This document shows positions 1-7,781 of a stretch of 38,330 nucleotides of DNA, piece after piece. Source of the stretch: a virus (Duplodnaviria > Caudoviricetes); the IMG/VR virus record IMGVR_UViG_3300010048_000854, positions 1-38,330 of that record, one strand, 5' to 3'. Within the stretch, counting starts at the first letter, position 1, and the number at the start of each line of letters is the position of its first letter. A model generated the notes under the pieces. That model was not told the DNA's origin, made no database searches, and saw only the letters and a list, made by a program, of their open reading frames with translations. Made by a program: the position numbers and the translations under genes.

Positions 1-1122
1 CTACTTCGTTTTCTTCAGTAACCATGCGGGGATTTGCGCATTCTGGGCAGGCTTTTTACACAGGGCATCCACAGCCGCGCGTTTGGCGGCCCGGCTTAGG
101 TGGCCGTAGTGCTTCAGCATCTTCTCCGAGACGTGGCCCAGTATGTCGATCGCGGTTTGTGGGGTTACGGAGGGGTTTTCGAGCATGTTACTGCAGGCAT
201 CATGACGGCAGTCGTGGATGCGCAGCGTCTTGTCGATCCCGCCGATCTCTTTGATCCTTGCCCGAGCCTTTTTAAAGGACGTTTGCGGCCGCGTAGGGTC
301 CCACCAGTCGCGTTTCAGCCTACGGGGGAATAGGAAATGGTCAGGATTCCGGGAGCCGCGCTCTACGGCGATCTCGATGGCCCGGCAGATGGCGGCGAAG
401 GCAACTTCATTCAGGGGAACCTCGCGCATGCGGTACTGGTTTTTTGCGCCTGCTTCCTGTACGTAGAGATTCCGGCCTTCTAAGTCAATATCCTTGAGGC
501 GGATGTAGCGTAACTCCTGGTGACCGGCTCCGCTGTTGATGGCGATCTGGATGGCCAGATGGCAGGGCTCTAACTCGCGGTTGTATTTGCCAGCAGTTTC
601 GAGGGCCTTCTTTTCCGCATCGGTAAGTCGGCGCCCGCGGGACTCTTTCGGCGTCCGCAACGGCTGGTAGTCCTGGATCGGTATCCCGATTCTCTTTCTC
701 ATCTGGATCAGCACGGAGCATTCCTTGTTGATATTGCCCGGCCCGCAGCTCGCCATGCGTGAACGCTGATAGGCCCGCACCTGGTCCCCGTCGATTTCCT
801 GCAAGTGGAACTCGGAGAAAAATGCACTCAGGGTGCGGATGTACATTGCATAGTTGCGGAGGGTTTCTTCGGCGAGATACGGCCTCCGCGTCTCCAGCCA
901 GGCTTCGGCGGCGGCGCGAAAGTTGAGTTGTGTGAGGGCCGGAGTGCGCATGAGCGTGTCCAGGTCATACGGGGCCTGGACCCGATCCTGCGCGGCTGGC
1001 TGCCGGGAGAAATCTTCATGGGGTGCCGGTATTCCGTCAAGAGAAAGTTGCTCTTGGCGTATGTTGGCCGTCTCAGATTGAGCGGTCGAGCGAGCGGGGC
1101 CGTAACCTTTCGAGGGGGACAC
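1..1122 (-). CDS. int: Tyrosine integrase
   Basis: 373 aa. Core-binding region followed by RIHDCRH, ILGH and KHY motifs. The usual box I Arg position reads SGAGHQEL. True start may be downstream. Confidence 0.9.
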   Translation of the reverse strand: MSPSKGYGPARSTAQSETANIRQEQLSLDGIPAPHEDFSRQPAAQDRVQAPYDLDTLMRTPALTQLNFRAAAEAWLETRRPYLAEETLRNYAMYIRTLSAFFSEFHLQEIDGDQVRAYQRSRMASCGPGNINKECSVLIQMRKRIGIPIQDYQPLRTPKESRGRRLTDAEKKALETAGKYNRELEPCHLAIQIAINSGAGHQELRYIRLKDIDLEGRNLYVQEAGAKNQYRMREVPLNEVAFAAICRAIEIAVERGSRNPDHFLFPRRLKRDWWDPTRPQTSFKKARARIKEIGGIDKTLRIHDCRHDACSNMLENPSVTPQTAIDILGHVSEKMLKHYGHLSRAAKRAAVDALCKKPAQNAQIPAWLLKKTK

Positions 1123-1247
1123 TTGCTTTAAGAGCTGTGCAAAACTTTTTAACTATCCTTTACAAAGTAAACGCTAACCCTTTTGTGGGCCATAGCACTT
1201 CGGTGCCAACGGAAGTAATCAATCGTTACAATAGTCCTCTTCCGGGC

Positions 1248-1279
1248 TGCACTGTGCGAAGTGCATCATTAGTGCTAAT
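1248..1279. promoter_or_regulatory. Operator-like palindromes upstream of the small regulator
   Basis: TGCACT-N6-AGTGCA (1248-1265) and ATTAG-TG-CTAAT (1268-1279), directly before the ATG at 1281. Confidence 0.45.
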
Positions 1280-1280
1280 C

Positions 1281-1475
1281 ATGGCTGGAAAACGCACGAC
1301 AGTGGTTGCGGTCCGAATGAGCGAAGAGGATTTTTCCCTCCTAAAGCGTGCTGCCGATGAGCTTTGGCCGCGAGCGATCCTCACCAACTCCTCGATCCTA
1401 TTGGGACTCGCCAAAATTCACGCGGAAGAGGTTCTCGGCGTCCAGCACAAACCCAAAAAGGCCCGTGTTGGCTGA
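1281..1475 (+). CDS. Small ribbon-helix-helix-like DNA-binding protein
   Basis: MAGKRTTVVAVRMSEEDFSLLKRAADE: alternating beta-strand then amphipathic helix. Divergent from int. Confidence 0.6.
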   Translation: MAGKRTTVVAVRMSEEDFSLLKRAADELWPRAILTNSSILLGLAKIHAEEVLGVQHKPKKARVG

Positions 1476-1625
1476 TTACCTTGGTAACTGACTCTTGTTC
1501 ACTTTGAGCCCTTCCCTCTGGTGACCTACCGGAAATCGTGTACATTCTGAGAGAGTTTTGACCGTATCCGCTTCTGGCCCGACCGGAGCCCGCCCGGAAA
1601 AGCGGTAGCCCATCGCCACTCCCCT

Positions 1626-1937
1626 ATGAGAATTCCTGTCTTTGCCCGGCGGGCAAATCCCGCCGTGGACCGTCCCATCCTTCGCAAGTCCCGTGTCTAC
1701 GTGGAAGGCGAAGTCGCCGCCGGACGCGCCAATTGGGTGGATTCGGACGATCCGGCCCAAGGAATCATCTGCCGAGAACTGCTCTACTTCGGCCCGCGAA
1801 TCGACCCTCCCTCAGTTTCATCCCCTGACGACCCTGCCAAGCTTCCCCCGCTCGAACTCCCCGGTTTGATCTTCGTGCCTCCGGCTTTACAGCCCGGACA
1901 GGCTCCCACGTTCCCCGCAAGTTGGTCAGGGGATTGA
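1626..1937 (+). CDS. Hypothetical protein, Pro-rich C-terminus
   Basis: 103 aa ORF in the rightward gene run. Confidence 0.55.
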   Translation: MRIPVFARRANPAVDRPILRKSRVYVEGEVAAGRANWVDSDDPAQGIICRELLYFGPRIDPPSVSSPDDPAKLPPLELPGLIFVPPALQPGQAPTFPASWSGD

Positions 1938-1981
1938 CTTTCTATGCACACTCCTATGTGCAAGTGTGGTAATTTCGCAAC

Positions 1982-2230
1982 ATGAGACGCAGTAAAACCG
2001 ATCTCGCCGCCAAGGTTCTCCGCTGCCTCCGCGCAAAAGAACTGGGAAAGCGCGCCTACACGCGGGCCGATGAGCTCATGAAAGAGATCGCGCACGAAAT
2101 CGAGCCCGGTCAGGCCGTGCAACTCGCCGAGGGAAAGAAAGCCATCCTCAAGGACAACTACGCCGAGAAAGACATCGTGTGGACCCCGTGTGCGGCGCGT
2201 CGCTGGGACCTTGAGGTAATCGAGACGTGA
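1982..2230 (+). CDS. Hypothetical protein
   Basis: 82 aa ORF. Stop overlaps the next GTG (GTGA). Confidence 0.7.
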   Translation: MRRSKTDLAAKVLRCLRAKELGKRAYTRADELMKEIAHEIEPGQAVQLAEGKKAILKDNYAEKDIVWTPCAARRWDLEVIET

Positions 2231-2385
2231 CCCCTCCGAGCCCCGAGCTGGCCGAATTCATCGCAATCCTGGTGCTCGGAAATCACACCTGTTCGGATGA
2301 GTGCCTCTGTCACCAGCTGAAAAAGCTGGCACCGATCCAAGAAGCCATGCGGAGGATCGGGCCACCACCGGTGAGCGCGAATTGA
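2227..2385 (+). CDS. Small hypothetical protein with HxCxxxCxCH motif
   Basis: 52 aa read by hand. GTGA coupling and GAGG upstream. Confidence 0.5.
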   Translation: MTPPSPELAEFIAILVLGNHTCSDECLCHQLKKLAPIQEAMRRIGPPPVSAN

Positions 2386-2402
2386 GTTTGTAGGTAAATT
2401 CG

Positions 2403-2663
2403 GTGAGGAAAGGAGGTCGCGGAGAATCGCCAGAGCGGAGATTCCGCGGCGACGTCGTATCGTTAGCTGAGCGATTTCGCCGCGATCTTCAAGGTCCGCA
2501 ATTATCCCTTTTCCCCGAGCGCCAGGCCTACGAAACCTACCTCCGGTACTGCCGAATTCTCCGCCACCCCTATCCGCCGATGGACTTTGAGACCTGGAAA
2601 CGTGAATCCTCGAGGATTTTCCGGTCCGGATCCAGTCACGAAACGAAAAGGCTGAGCCTCTGA
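2403..2663 (+). CDS. Hypothetical protein
   Basis: 86 aa ORF abutting the next ORF. Confidence 0.5.
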   Translation: MRKGGRGESPERRFRGDVVSLAERFRRDLQGPQLSLFPERQAYETYLRYCRILRHPYPPMDFETWKRESSRIFRSGSSHETKRLSL

Positions 2664-2921
2664 ATGTCCTTCCACTCCACCCGCCGGCTGATGTGCCAAA
2701 GTTGCATCGAAGGATGCCACCACCTCTGCAGCATGCCGGTCTGCAAGTGCCCCTGCCAGGAGGCGGACTTCGGGATCTGGTGCGACAAGGTGAGGGCGTT
2801 TCTGGCGGAAGGAACGGCGACGGATTACGCGCACCTGCCCCAGCCGATCGTGATTACCAGTCTTTGCGATGGGGCTATGCCGGTTTTTTCCGTTTCCAAT
2901 TCCAAGGGCGCCGGCTTTTAA
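2664..2921 (+). CDS. Cys-rich hypothetical protein
   Basis: CxxC..CHHLC..CxCxC. The 3' end overlaps the antisense HNH gene. Confidence 0.45.
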   Translation: MSFHSTRRLMCQSCIEGCHHLCSMPVCKCPCQEADFGIWCDKVRAFLAEGTATDYAHLPQPIVITSLCDGAMPVFSVSNSKGAGF

Positions 2922-3375
2922 ATTGTTCGGCCCAAGTTGTCCAGCGACAGTTGCTCGGTGAGTACGGGCCGTCGTTGTCAATTCGGTCGAGTGAGAAATT
3001 GGAGTTCGGTCGCTTCCCCATGACTGCAAGAAAATGCTCGAAGCTGCTGAATTCGAAGCGGATGCCGCGACCGCCGTACTGTGCGTAGCGCTGACTGTTG
3101 GGATTTACGCAACGGTCTTTTGCAGCATGGTAAATCTGATATTCAATCGTCCAGCAGGCCCCGTGTTTGGTGATTTTCTTGGCCTGAACCTTGCGCCCGC
3201 AGTCGGTACATTGGCTGACATGGCCACCTGTCACGTGGCCTTTGAACACTGGGAGCTCGAGACCGCAATCGCAGCGAAATATCCACCGCGCATGCTCGCC
3301 ACGTCGATCAAAAAATCGCAGCGCTACCAAGCTCCCGAAGCGTTGACCCGTTATGTCCTTCGGCTTAGGGCCCAT
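2875..3375 (-). CDS. HNH-type putative homing endonuclease (YGGRGI family)
   Basis: DITGQRFGSL, CDCG, YGGRGI, SLDRIDNDGPYSPSNCRW. Confidence 0.85.
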   Translation of the reverse strand: MGPKPKDITGQRFGSLVALRFFDRRGEHARWIFRCDCGLELPVFKGHVTGGHVSQCTDCGRKVQAKKITKHGACWTIEYQIYHAAKDRCVNPNSQRYAQYGGRGIRFEFSSFEHFLAVMGKRPNSNFSLDRIDNDGPYSPSNCRWTTWAEQFKSRRPWNWKRKKPA

Positions 3376-3386
3376 TGTGCTGCTGA

Positions 3387-3416
3387 ATAATACGTGCGGA
3401 TGTTTGTGGAAATCAA
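3387..3416 (-). promoter_or_regulatory. Sigma70-like promoter of the HNH gene
   Basis: TTGATT-N18-TATTAT, 11 nt upstream of the ATG. Confidence 0.5.
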
Positions 3417-3481
3417 CGGCCTAACGCGCGGGCGCTGTCCGCTTTTGCTATTTCCGGTCAAAACTTGATTCTTTTTGAATT

Positions 3482-4021
3482 GTGGATGTCTTTTCAATCG
3501 AGCAGATCCTTCAACTCCTGCAGGCTGCCTGGGATGACTCTCCGGACGACTGGCTGCTGCTTGCCGTGACATTCATTTGCGCGCTACGGCGCGCGGAAGC
3601 TGTTGGATTGAAACCAGAAAACATCATCGGCAGTCACATCGTAGTGAAGCGCGGAAAAGGCTCGAAGCCAGTCCGCCGCCTGCTATTGCAGCATCAAAAT
3701 CCACTCCTGAATGTACGCGCCGCGCTGATTGAAAAGGCTTTGAAAACCCAGTCAGGCTGCCGCATGTTCCCGATATCCGCGCGCACCTTTCAGCGGCGGG
3801 TGCATCGGTATGGCGAGGCGGCCGGCCTGCCGAAACTACTCTGTCATCCACATACGCTGCGCCATTCGATCATCCAGTTTCTGCGGGATAACGATATGAA
3901 ACTAGAGGAGATCCAAGAAATCAGCGGCCATGTGCGCTTGGATTCTCTGCGCCGCTATCTACACCCTCAATCCGCTGTCATCGAAGCCAAGTTTAACCGC
4001 GCGCTGGGAGCTACGGAATAG
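3482..4021 (+). CDS. Minimal tyrosine recombinase, catalytic domain only
   Basis: 179 aa. ALRRAE, RGKGS, HPHTLRHS, SGH, RRY motifs. No N-terminal core-binding domain. Confidence 0.85.
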   Translation: MDVFSIEQILQLLQAAWDDSPDDWLLLAVTFICALRRAEAVGLKPENIIGSHIVVKRGKGSKPVRRLLLQHQNPLLNVRAALIEKALKTQSGCRMFPISARTFQRRVHRYGEAAGLPKLLCHPHTLRHSIIQFLRDNDMKLEEIQEISGHVRLDSLRRYLHPQSAVIEAKFNRALGATE

Positions 4022-4064
4022 CCCCAGCCTTTTGATTGTTTTGAATTAATCGGACCGTAGAGGA

Positions 4065-4397
4065 ATGCCACGCGGCGGATCGCGCAAAGGCGCGGGAAGA
4101 AAGAAAACAGAGCGGCTGGTCGATGCCAATGTCGCCCGCCGGATCAAGGCTCAAGTCAAGGCCGAGGAGCTCTGGGTGGAACTGATCGGGCTCGCAGTCA
4201 CCAAAGCACGGCAGACCGGAAAGACCGGGGAATTGCGGCAAGCTCTCGAATACCTGGATGACCGGGATCTCGGCCGGCCAGTCGACACCGTGAACCACCT
4301 GCACGACAAGCCCATTGAGATGAACGTCAACGTGTCGATCGCGGAGATTGTCCGCAAGGTCCGGGAACGCAAAGAACAGTATGAGCGCAGTCGCTAA
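4065..4397 (+). CDS. Terminase small subunit (putative)
   Basis: MPRGGSRKGAGRKK N-terminus, GAGGA RBS, overlaps the TerL start. Confidence 0.7.
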   Translation: MPRGGSRKGAGRKKTERLVDANVARRIKAQVKAEELWVELIGLAVTKARQTGKTGELRQALEYLDDRDLGRPVDTVNHLHDKPIEMNVNVSIAEIVRKVRERKEQYERSR

Positions 4398-5916
4398 CCC
4401 GCTGGCCGAAATCCAGACGGAACTCGCGGAATTCGTCCACGATCCGCTGGGCTTTGTGATGTGCGCCTTCCCGTGGGGCGAAGGGGAGATGTCGAAGGAG
4501 AACGGTCCGCGCGAGTTTCAGAAGCGATTTCTCGGCGAGATCCGCGATCATCTCTCGAATCCCGAGACGCGCTACAAGCCCTTCCGCAAGGCCATCAGCT
4601 CCGGGCATGGCATCGGGAAATCGGCATTGCTGGCGTGGATTGCTTGCTGGGCGCTCTCGACGTTTGAAGACTGCAAGATCATCTTCATGGCTGGCACGGG
4701 GGACCAGCTCCGCACCAAAACTCAACCGGAGGTGGCGAAGTGGTTTCGCCGGGCGGTCAATAACGAACTGTTTGAAGTGAACGTCACCAGCGTCAAGGTG
4801 CGCGAAGCCGGACATGAGCAGACCTGGCGCGGCGACTTTCTCACATGGTCGGAGGAGAATCCGCAAGCCTCCGCCGGCGCCCACAATGCCGGCAAGCGCC
4901 TGGTGATCATCTACGACGAAGCGGTAGGAATCCATGACGCGATCTGGCAGACCCAGGAAGGGGCGTTCACTGACGCCGATACCGAAATCCTGATGATCGC
5001 GTTTTCGCAATGCACGCGATCGAACGGGATGTTCTTTGAATGCACCCATGGTACACAGCGAAACCGCTGGCGCGCGGAAGTGATCGATTCGCGGATGGTC
5101 GAGGGCGTGAACGTCGAGGAAATTCAAGAATCCATTGCTCTCTACGGCGAAAACAGCGATCACGTCCGAGTGCGCTGGCTTGGACTGTATCCGCTCGGAG
5201 GTGAAGGAAAGTTCATCGACCTGAAGCTGGTCCAGGATGCGCAAATCCGGCTGGTCGTCGCATTCCCGGACGAGCCGATCATCGCTGGAGTAGACCTGAG
5301 CTGGGGCGGATCGGATGACACGGTGATCCGCTTTCGGCGCGGCCTTGATGGACGGTCCATTCCACCGATCAAGATTCGTGGAGAGTTTACGGCCAATCCT
5401 GCAGTCGTCCGGGAGCGGCTGGCTGACGTATTGCGTACCAAGTTCGATGGTCAGCCCGTCTCTATGATGTTTCTCGATAATTCCGGGGTGGGCGGAAATG
5501 CCGGCGCGATCCTCGCGGGACTGCAAGCGCTAGGACTGAAAAATGTGATGGGCGTGAACTTCGGCGACCAGGCCATCCGCGACAACTTCTATGTTCTCCG
5601 GCGGGATGAGATGTGGGGAACCATGAAGGATTGGCTACGCGACGGCGGAGCAATTGACAACGACAAAGAACTGGCCGCCGACCTGCAAAAGCCCATGCTC
5701 ATGGCCGACATTGGACAGCGGATCAAACTGGAACCCAAAGACGTAATGAAGAAACGGCTCTCGAAGATGGGGCTTGATTCGACTTCGCCCGACGACGCCG
5801 ATGCGCTCGCGCTCACATTTGCTCTGCCCGTGCAGACAATCAAGCCAGTGCGCGCCGAGACGACCACGCTCAGTGCATGGGAGCGCAGCTCCGGAGATGG
5901 ATCATGGATGGGGTAG
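4381..5916 (+). CDS. terL: Terminase large subunit
   Basis: Walker A SGHGIGKS, Walker B IIYDEA, nuclease motifs GVDLSWGGSDD and SPDDADALAL. Confidence 0.95.
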   Translation: MSAVANPLAEIQTELAEFVHDPLGFVMCAFPWGEGEMSKENGPREFQKRFLGEIRDHLSNPETRYKPFRKAISSGHGIGKSALLAWIACWALSTFEDCKIIFMAGTGDQLRTKTQPEVAKWFRRAVNNELFEVNVTSVKVREAGHEQTWRGDFLTWSEENPQASAGAHNAGKRLVIIYDEAVGIHDAIWQTQEGAFTDADTEILMIAFSQCTRSNGMFFECTHGTQRNRWRAEVIDSRMVEGVNVEEIQESIALYGENSDHVRVRWLGLYPLGGEGKFIDLKLVQDAQIRLVVAFPDEPIIAGVDLSWGGSDDTVIRFRRGLDGRSIPPIKIRGEFTANPAVVRERLADVLRTKFDGQPVSMMFLDNSGVGGNAGAILAGLQALGLKNVMGVNFGDQAIRDNFYVLRRDEMWGTMKDWLRDGGAIDNDKELAADLQKPMLMADIGQRIKLEPKDVMKKRLSKMGLDSTSPDDADALALTFALPVQTIKPVRAETTTLSAWERSSGDGSWMG

Positions 5917-6065
5917 GTCCGGAGTTTTACGTCATCACGAAGGAACAGCTCACTCGTTTGGCCGAGGCCGCGATAGCAATCGAAAACCCGCCCACGCATA
6001 TGAGCTGTGACTGGCTCGGCGCATTTCTCAAGTTCAAAAAGGAAAACCCATGGCAATTCAGGTAG
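5904..6065 (+). CDS. Small hypothetical protein
   Basis: 53 aa. GGAG upstream, overlaps both neighbours. Confidence 0.45.
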   Translation: MDGVGPEFYVITKEQLTRLAEAAIAIENPPTHMSCDWLGAFLKFKKENPWQFR

Positions 6066-6316
6066 CCGAATCCACCAAGGCCGCGAAAGCGAAGAAAGTT
6101 CTCAGCCATCTCGAAATCCATCCGAAATTGGGCGGCGGCCACATGGTCCGGCACGTCTACCACGGATTCGGACATGAGCCGAAGGAGTACCAGTTCAACG
6201 AGAACGGCAAATCCCAAGGCGGCGAGCACATCACGGCCCATCTCGCCAAGCACGCGGGCCTGGGCGAGCCCACCAATCCCACGCAAGCCGAAGTTCAAGA
6301 GGAGCCAGAATCATGA
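6050..6316 (+). CDS. His-rich hypothetical protein
   Basis: 88 aa with AAGGA RBS. Confidence 0.7.
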   Translation: MAIQVAESTKAAKAKKVLSHLEIHPKLGGGHMVRHVYHGFGHEPKEYQFNENGKSQGGEHITAHLAKHAGLGEPTNPTQAEVQEEPES

Positions 6317-6474
6317 GTAAAGGAAAACCAGCCAAGCCCGGAGTCGGAAGCGGATTGCAGGAAACGCGCTCGATCAATACCGAGAAAACCCCCAACAAAC
6401 AGATCGGCCACGGATTGCCGAATACCTACTACGGGAATTCGCGGGCGTGCAACACGGAGAAGGGCAAGAAGTAA
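6313..6474 (+). CDS. Small basic hypothetical protein
   Basis: 53 aa (MSKGKPAKPG...KGKK). ATGA coupling and GAGGAG RBS. Confidence 0.65.
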   Translation: MSKGKPAKPGVGSGLQETRSINTEKTPNKQIGHGLPNTYYGNSRACNTEKGKK

Positions 6475-6669
6475 GTGCCAGCGTTTCTCGAAGCCAAGCT
6501 CCGCAAAAGTGCCGCCGCCGCCGGGAAAACCGGCAAAGCGGCGGATCGCTACGTTTACGGTGCCATGAACAACATGGGCGCCATGCGCGGATCCAAGGAA
6601 ACGGCCAAAGGCAAGCGCATGGACCGAAAACACAACGCCAAAATGCGAAAGCTCTCCGACCTTGCCTAA
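6475..6669 (+). CDS. Small basic protein ending KLSDLA
   Basis: 64 aa, Lys/Ala-rich. Confidence 0.7.
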   Translation: MPAFLEAKLRKSAAAAGKTGKAADRYVYGAMNNMGAMRGSKETAKGKRMDRKHNAKMRKLSDLA

Positions 6670-7111
6670 GACGCGGGAAGAAATCAAGCGCGAGTCGGTT
6701 TCGCGCGAAGTATGGCGCAATAACTGTACCCAAGTCGGTGGACTCTGGTTTGATCCGCGCCAGATCCGGCCGCTGGGCGATCACATCTTGGTGGAGTTGG
6801 ACAGCGAGCCTGGCGCGCCGGAAGGCATCATTTTTGCACCCGACATCGCCCGCAACCAGGAGATCGGTTCACGAGTCGGCACCGTACTCGCGGTCGGACC
6901 TGGGAAATGGCGTGAACGGCGCAAGAACGACGAAAGCTGGATGCTCAATCCCCTGGTGCGCAAGCCGCTCACCTTGAAGCCCGGGGATCGCGTGATCATC
7001 GGCCACTATTCGGACTGGGAATCGTGGCACTCGGATTATGAAGGGCGGGACGCGAACATCGTGCTCTGCCAGGAAGCGGACGTGAGGGTGATTCTCCATG
7101 GCAGTTCTTAG
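6662..7111 (+). CDS. GroES/Cpn10-like co-chaperonin
   Basis: IRPLGDHILV, GII, GTVLAVGPGK, LKPGDRVI, EADVRVIL. Confidence 0.85.
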   Translation: MPKTREEIKRESVSREVWRNNCTQVGGLWFDPRQIRPLGDHILVELDSEPGAPEGIIFAPDIARNQEIGSRVGTVLAVGPGKWRERRKNDESWMLNPLVRKPLTLKPGDRVIIGHYSDWESWHSDYEGRDANIVLCQEADVRVILHGSS

Positions 7112-7325
7112 CGAAGCGGCAAAGAAGAAAGTTCCGAAGTCCCACCTAGGAGTGCCGAGCAAATCCGGTACGGGCTCCTACCCCATACCCGACAAGGAAC
7201 ACGCGGTCGCCGCCGTTGGTCTCGCTGCGATGCATGGGCATAAAGCGCTTGCCGCAAAACTCCGCAAGAAAGGCAAGTCCCTAGGATTGCTCAAGGGTGG
7301 AAAGAAGCTCTCGGACCTTGCGTGA
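7098..7325 (+). CDS. Small basic protein ending KLSDLA
   Basis: 75 aa, YPIPDKEHA motif, GAGGG RBS. Confidence 0.75.
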   Translation: MAVLSEAAKKKVPKSHLGVPSKSGTGSYPIPDKEHAVAAVGLAAMHGHKALAAKLRKKGKSLGLLKGGKKLSDLA

Positions 7326-7596
7326 GTATCCCTGGATTGAACGTGAGTACGAGGCGGACTGGATGATCTCCGGCGAAGCGACGAAGAAAGCCAAGGTCCA
7401 ATACCCCGCCGATCACAAGGCTGGCATGCGCGTGCCTGAAGGCGGGTCGATGTGCGCCAATTGCGAGTACCTGAAAGACGCCGAGAAAGGCCTGTGCGGG
7501 AATAACTACTTCGTGAAATGGAACGGCTCCGACAAGATTCCGGCGCCGATTCACGAATATTGCTCCGACTTCTACGAGCCTGCCAAAGCTGACTAG
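7318..7596 (+). CDS. Four-Cys protein with HiPIP-like spacing
   Basis: VQY...CANC-x10-C-x21-C. Start is uncertain (TTG 7318 or ATG 7363). Confidence 0.6.
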   Translation: MREYPWIEREYEADWMISGEATKKAKVQYPADHKAGMRVPEGGSMCANCEYLKDAEKGLCGNNYFVKWNGSDKIPAPIHEYCSDFYEPAKAD

Positions 7597-7781
7597 GGTT
7601 TTCCCGCGAGTCCATCGGCGCATTTCGGATGCGCGAACCTCTCCACTTCGATGCCATTCTTTTTGAGTTCGATTATCCGGACGGGTTGCTCTACTAGCTT
7701 CAGGTTCCGGTCGAGGTTTGGCTTGATCGGCTGTCCGCAGATGCAGCAGATGAATTCCGCTGGCACCAACTGATAGTTCAT
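7593..7781 (-). CDS. Small antisense hypothetical protein, possible Zn ribbon
   Basis: 62 aa with CCIC...HPKC. Fills the gap before the portal gene exactly. Confidence 0.4.
   Translation of the reverse strand: MNYQLVPAEFICCICGQPIKPNLDRNLKLVEQPVRIIELKKNGIEVERFAHPKCADGLAGKP

Noticed and set aside
4327-5526. Long antisense ORFs, e.g. 399 aa opposite terL, and similar ones opposite the portal and tail genes
   Set aside because: Shadow frames of GC-rich coding sequence with no recognisable motifs.
6547-6560. Gapped self-match to the array dinucleotides CG-TA-GT-TA-GG (cgc tac gtt tac gg)
   Set aside because: Only 5 of 14 dinucleotides match consecutively, which is about chance level for a 38-kb two-strand search. 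Homologs of this gene in other phages are still worth checking.
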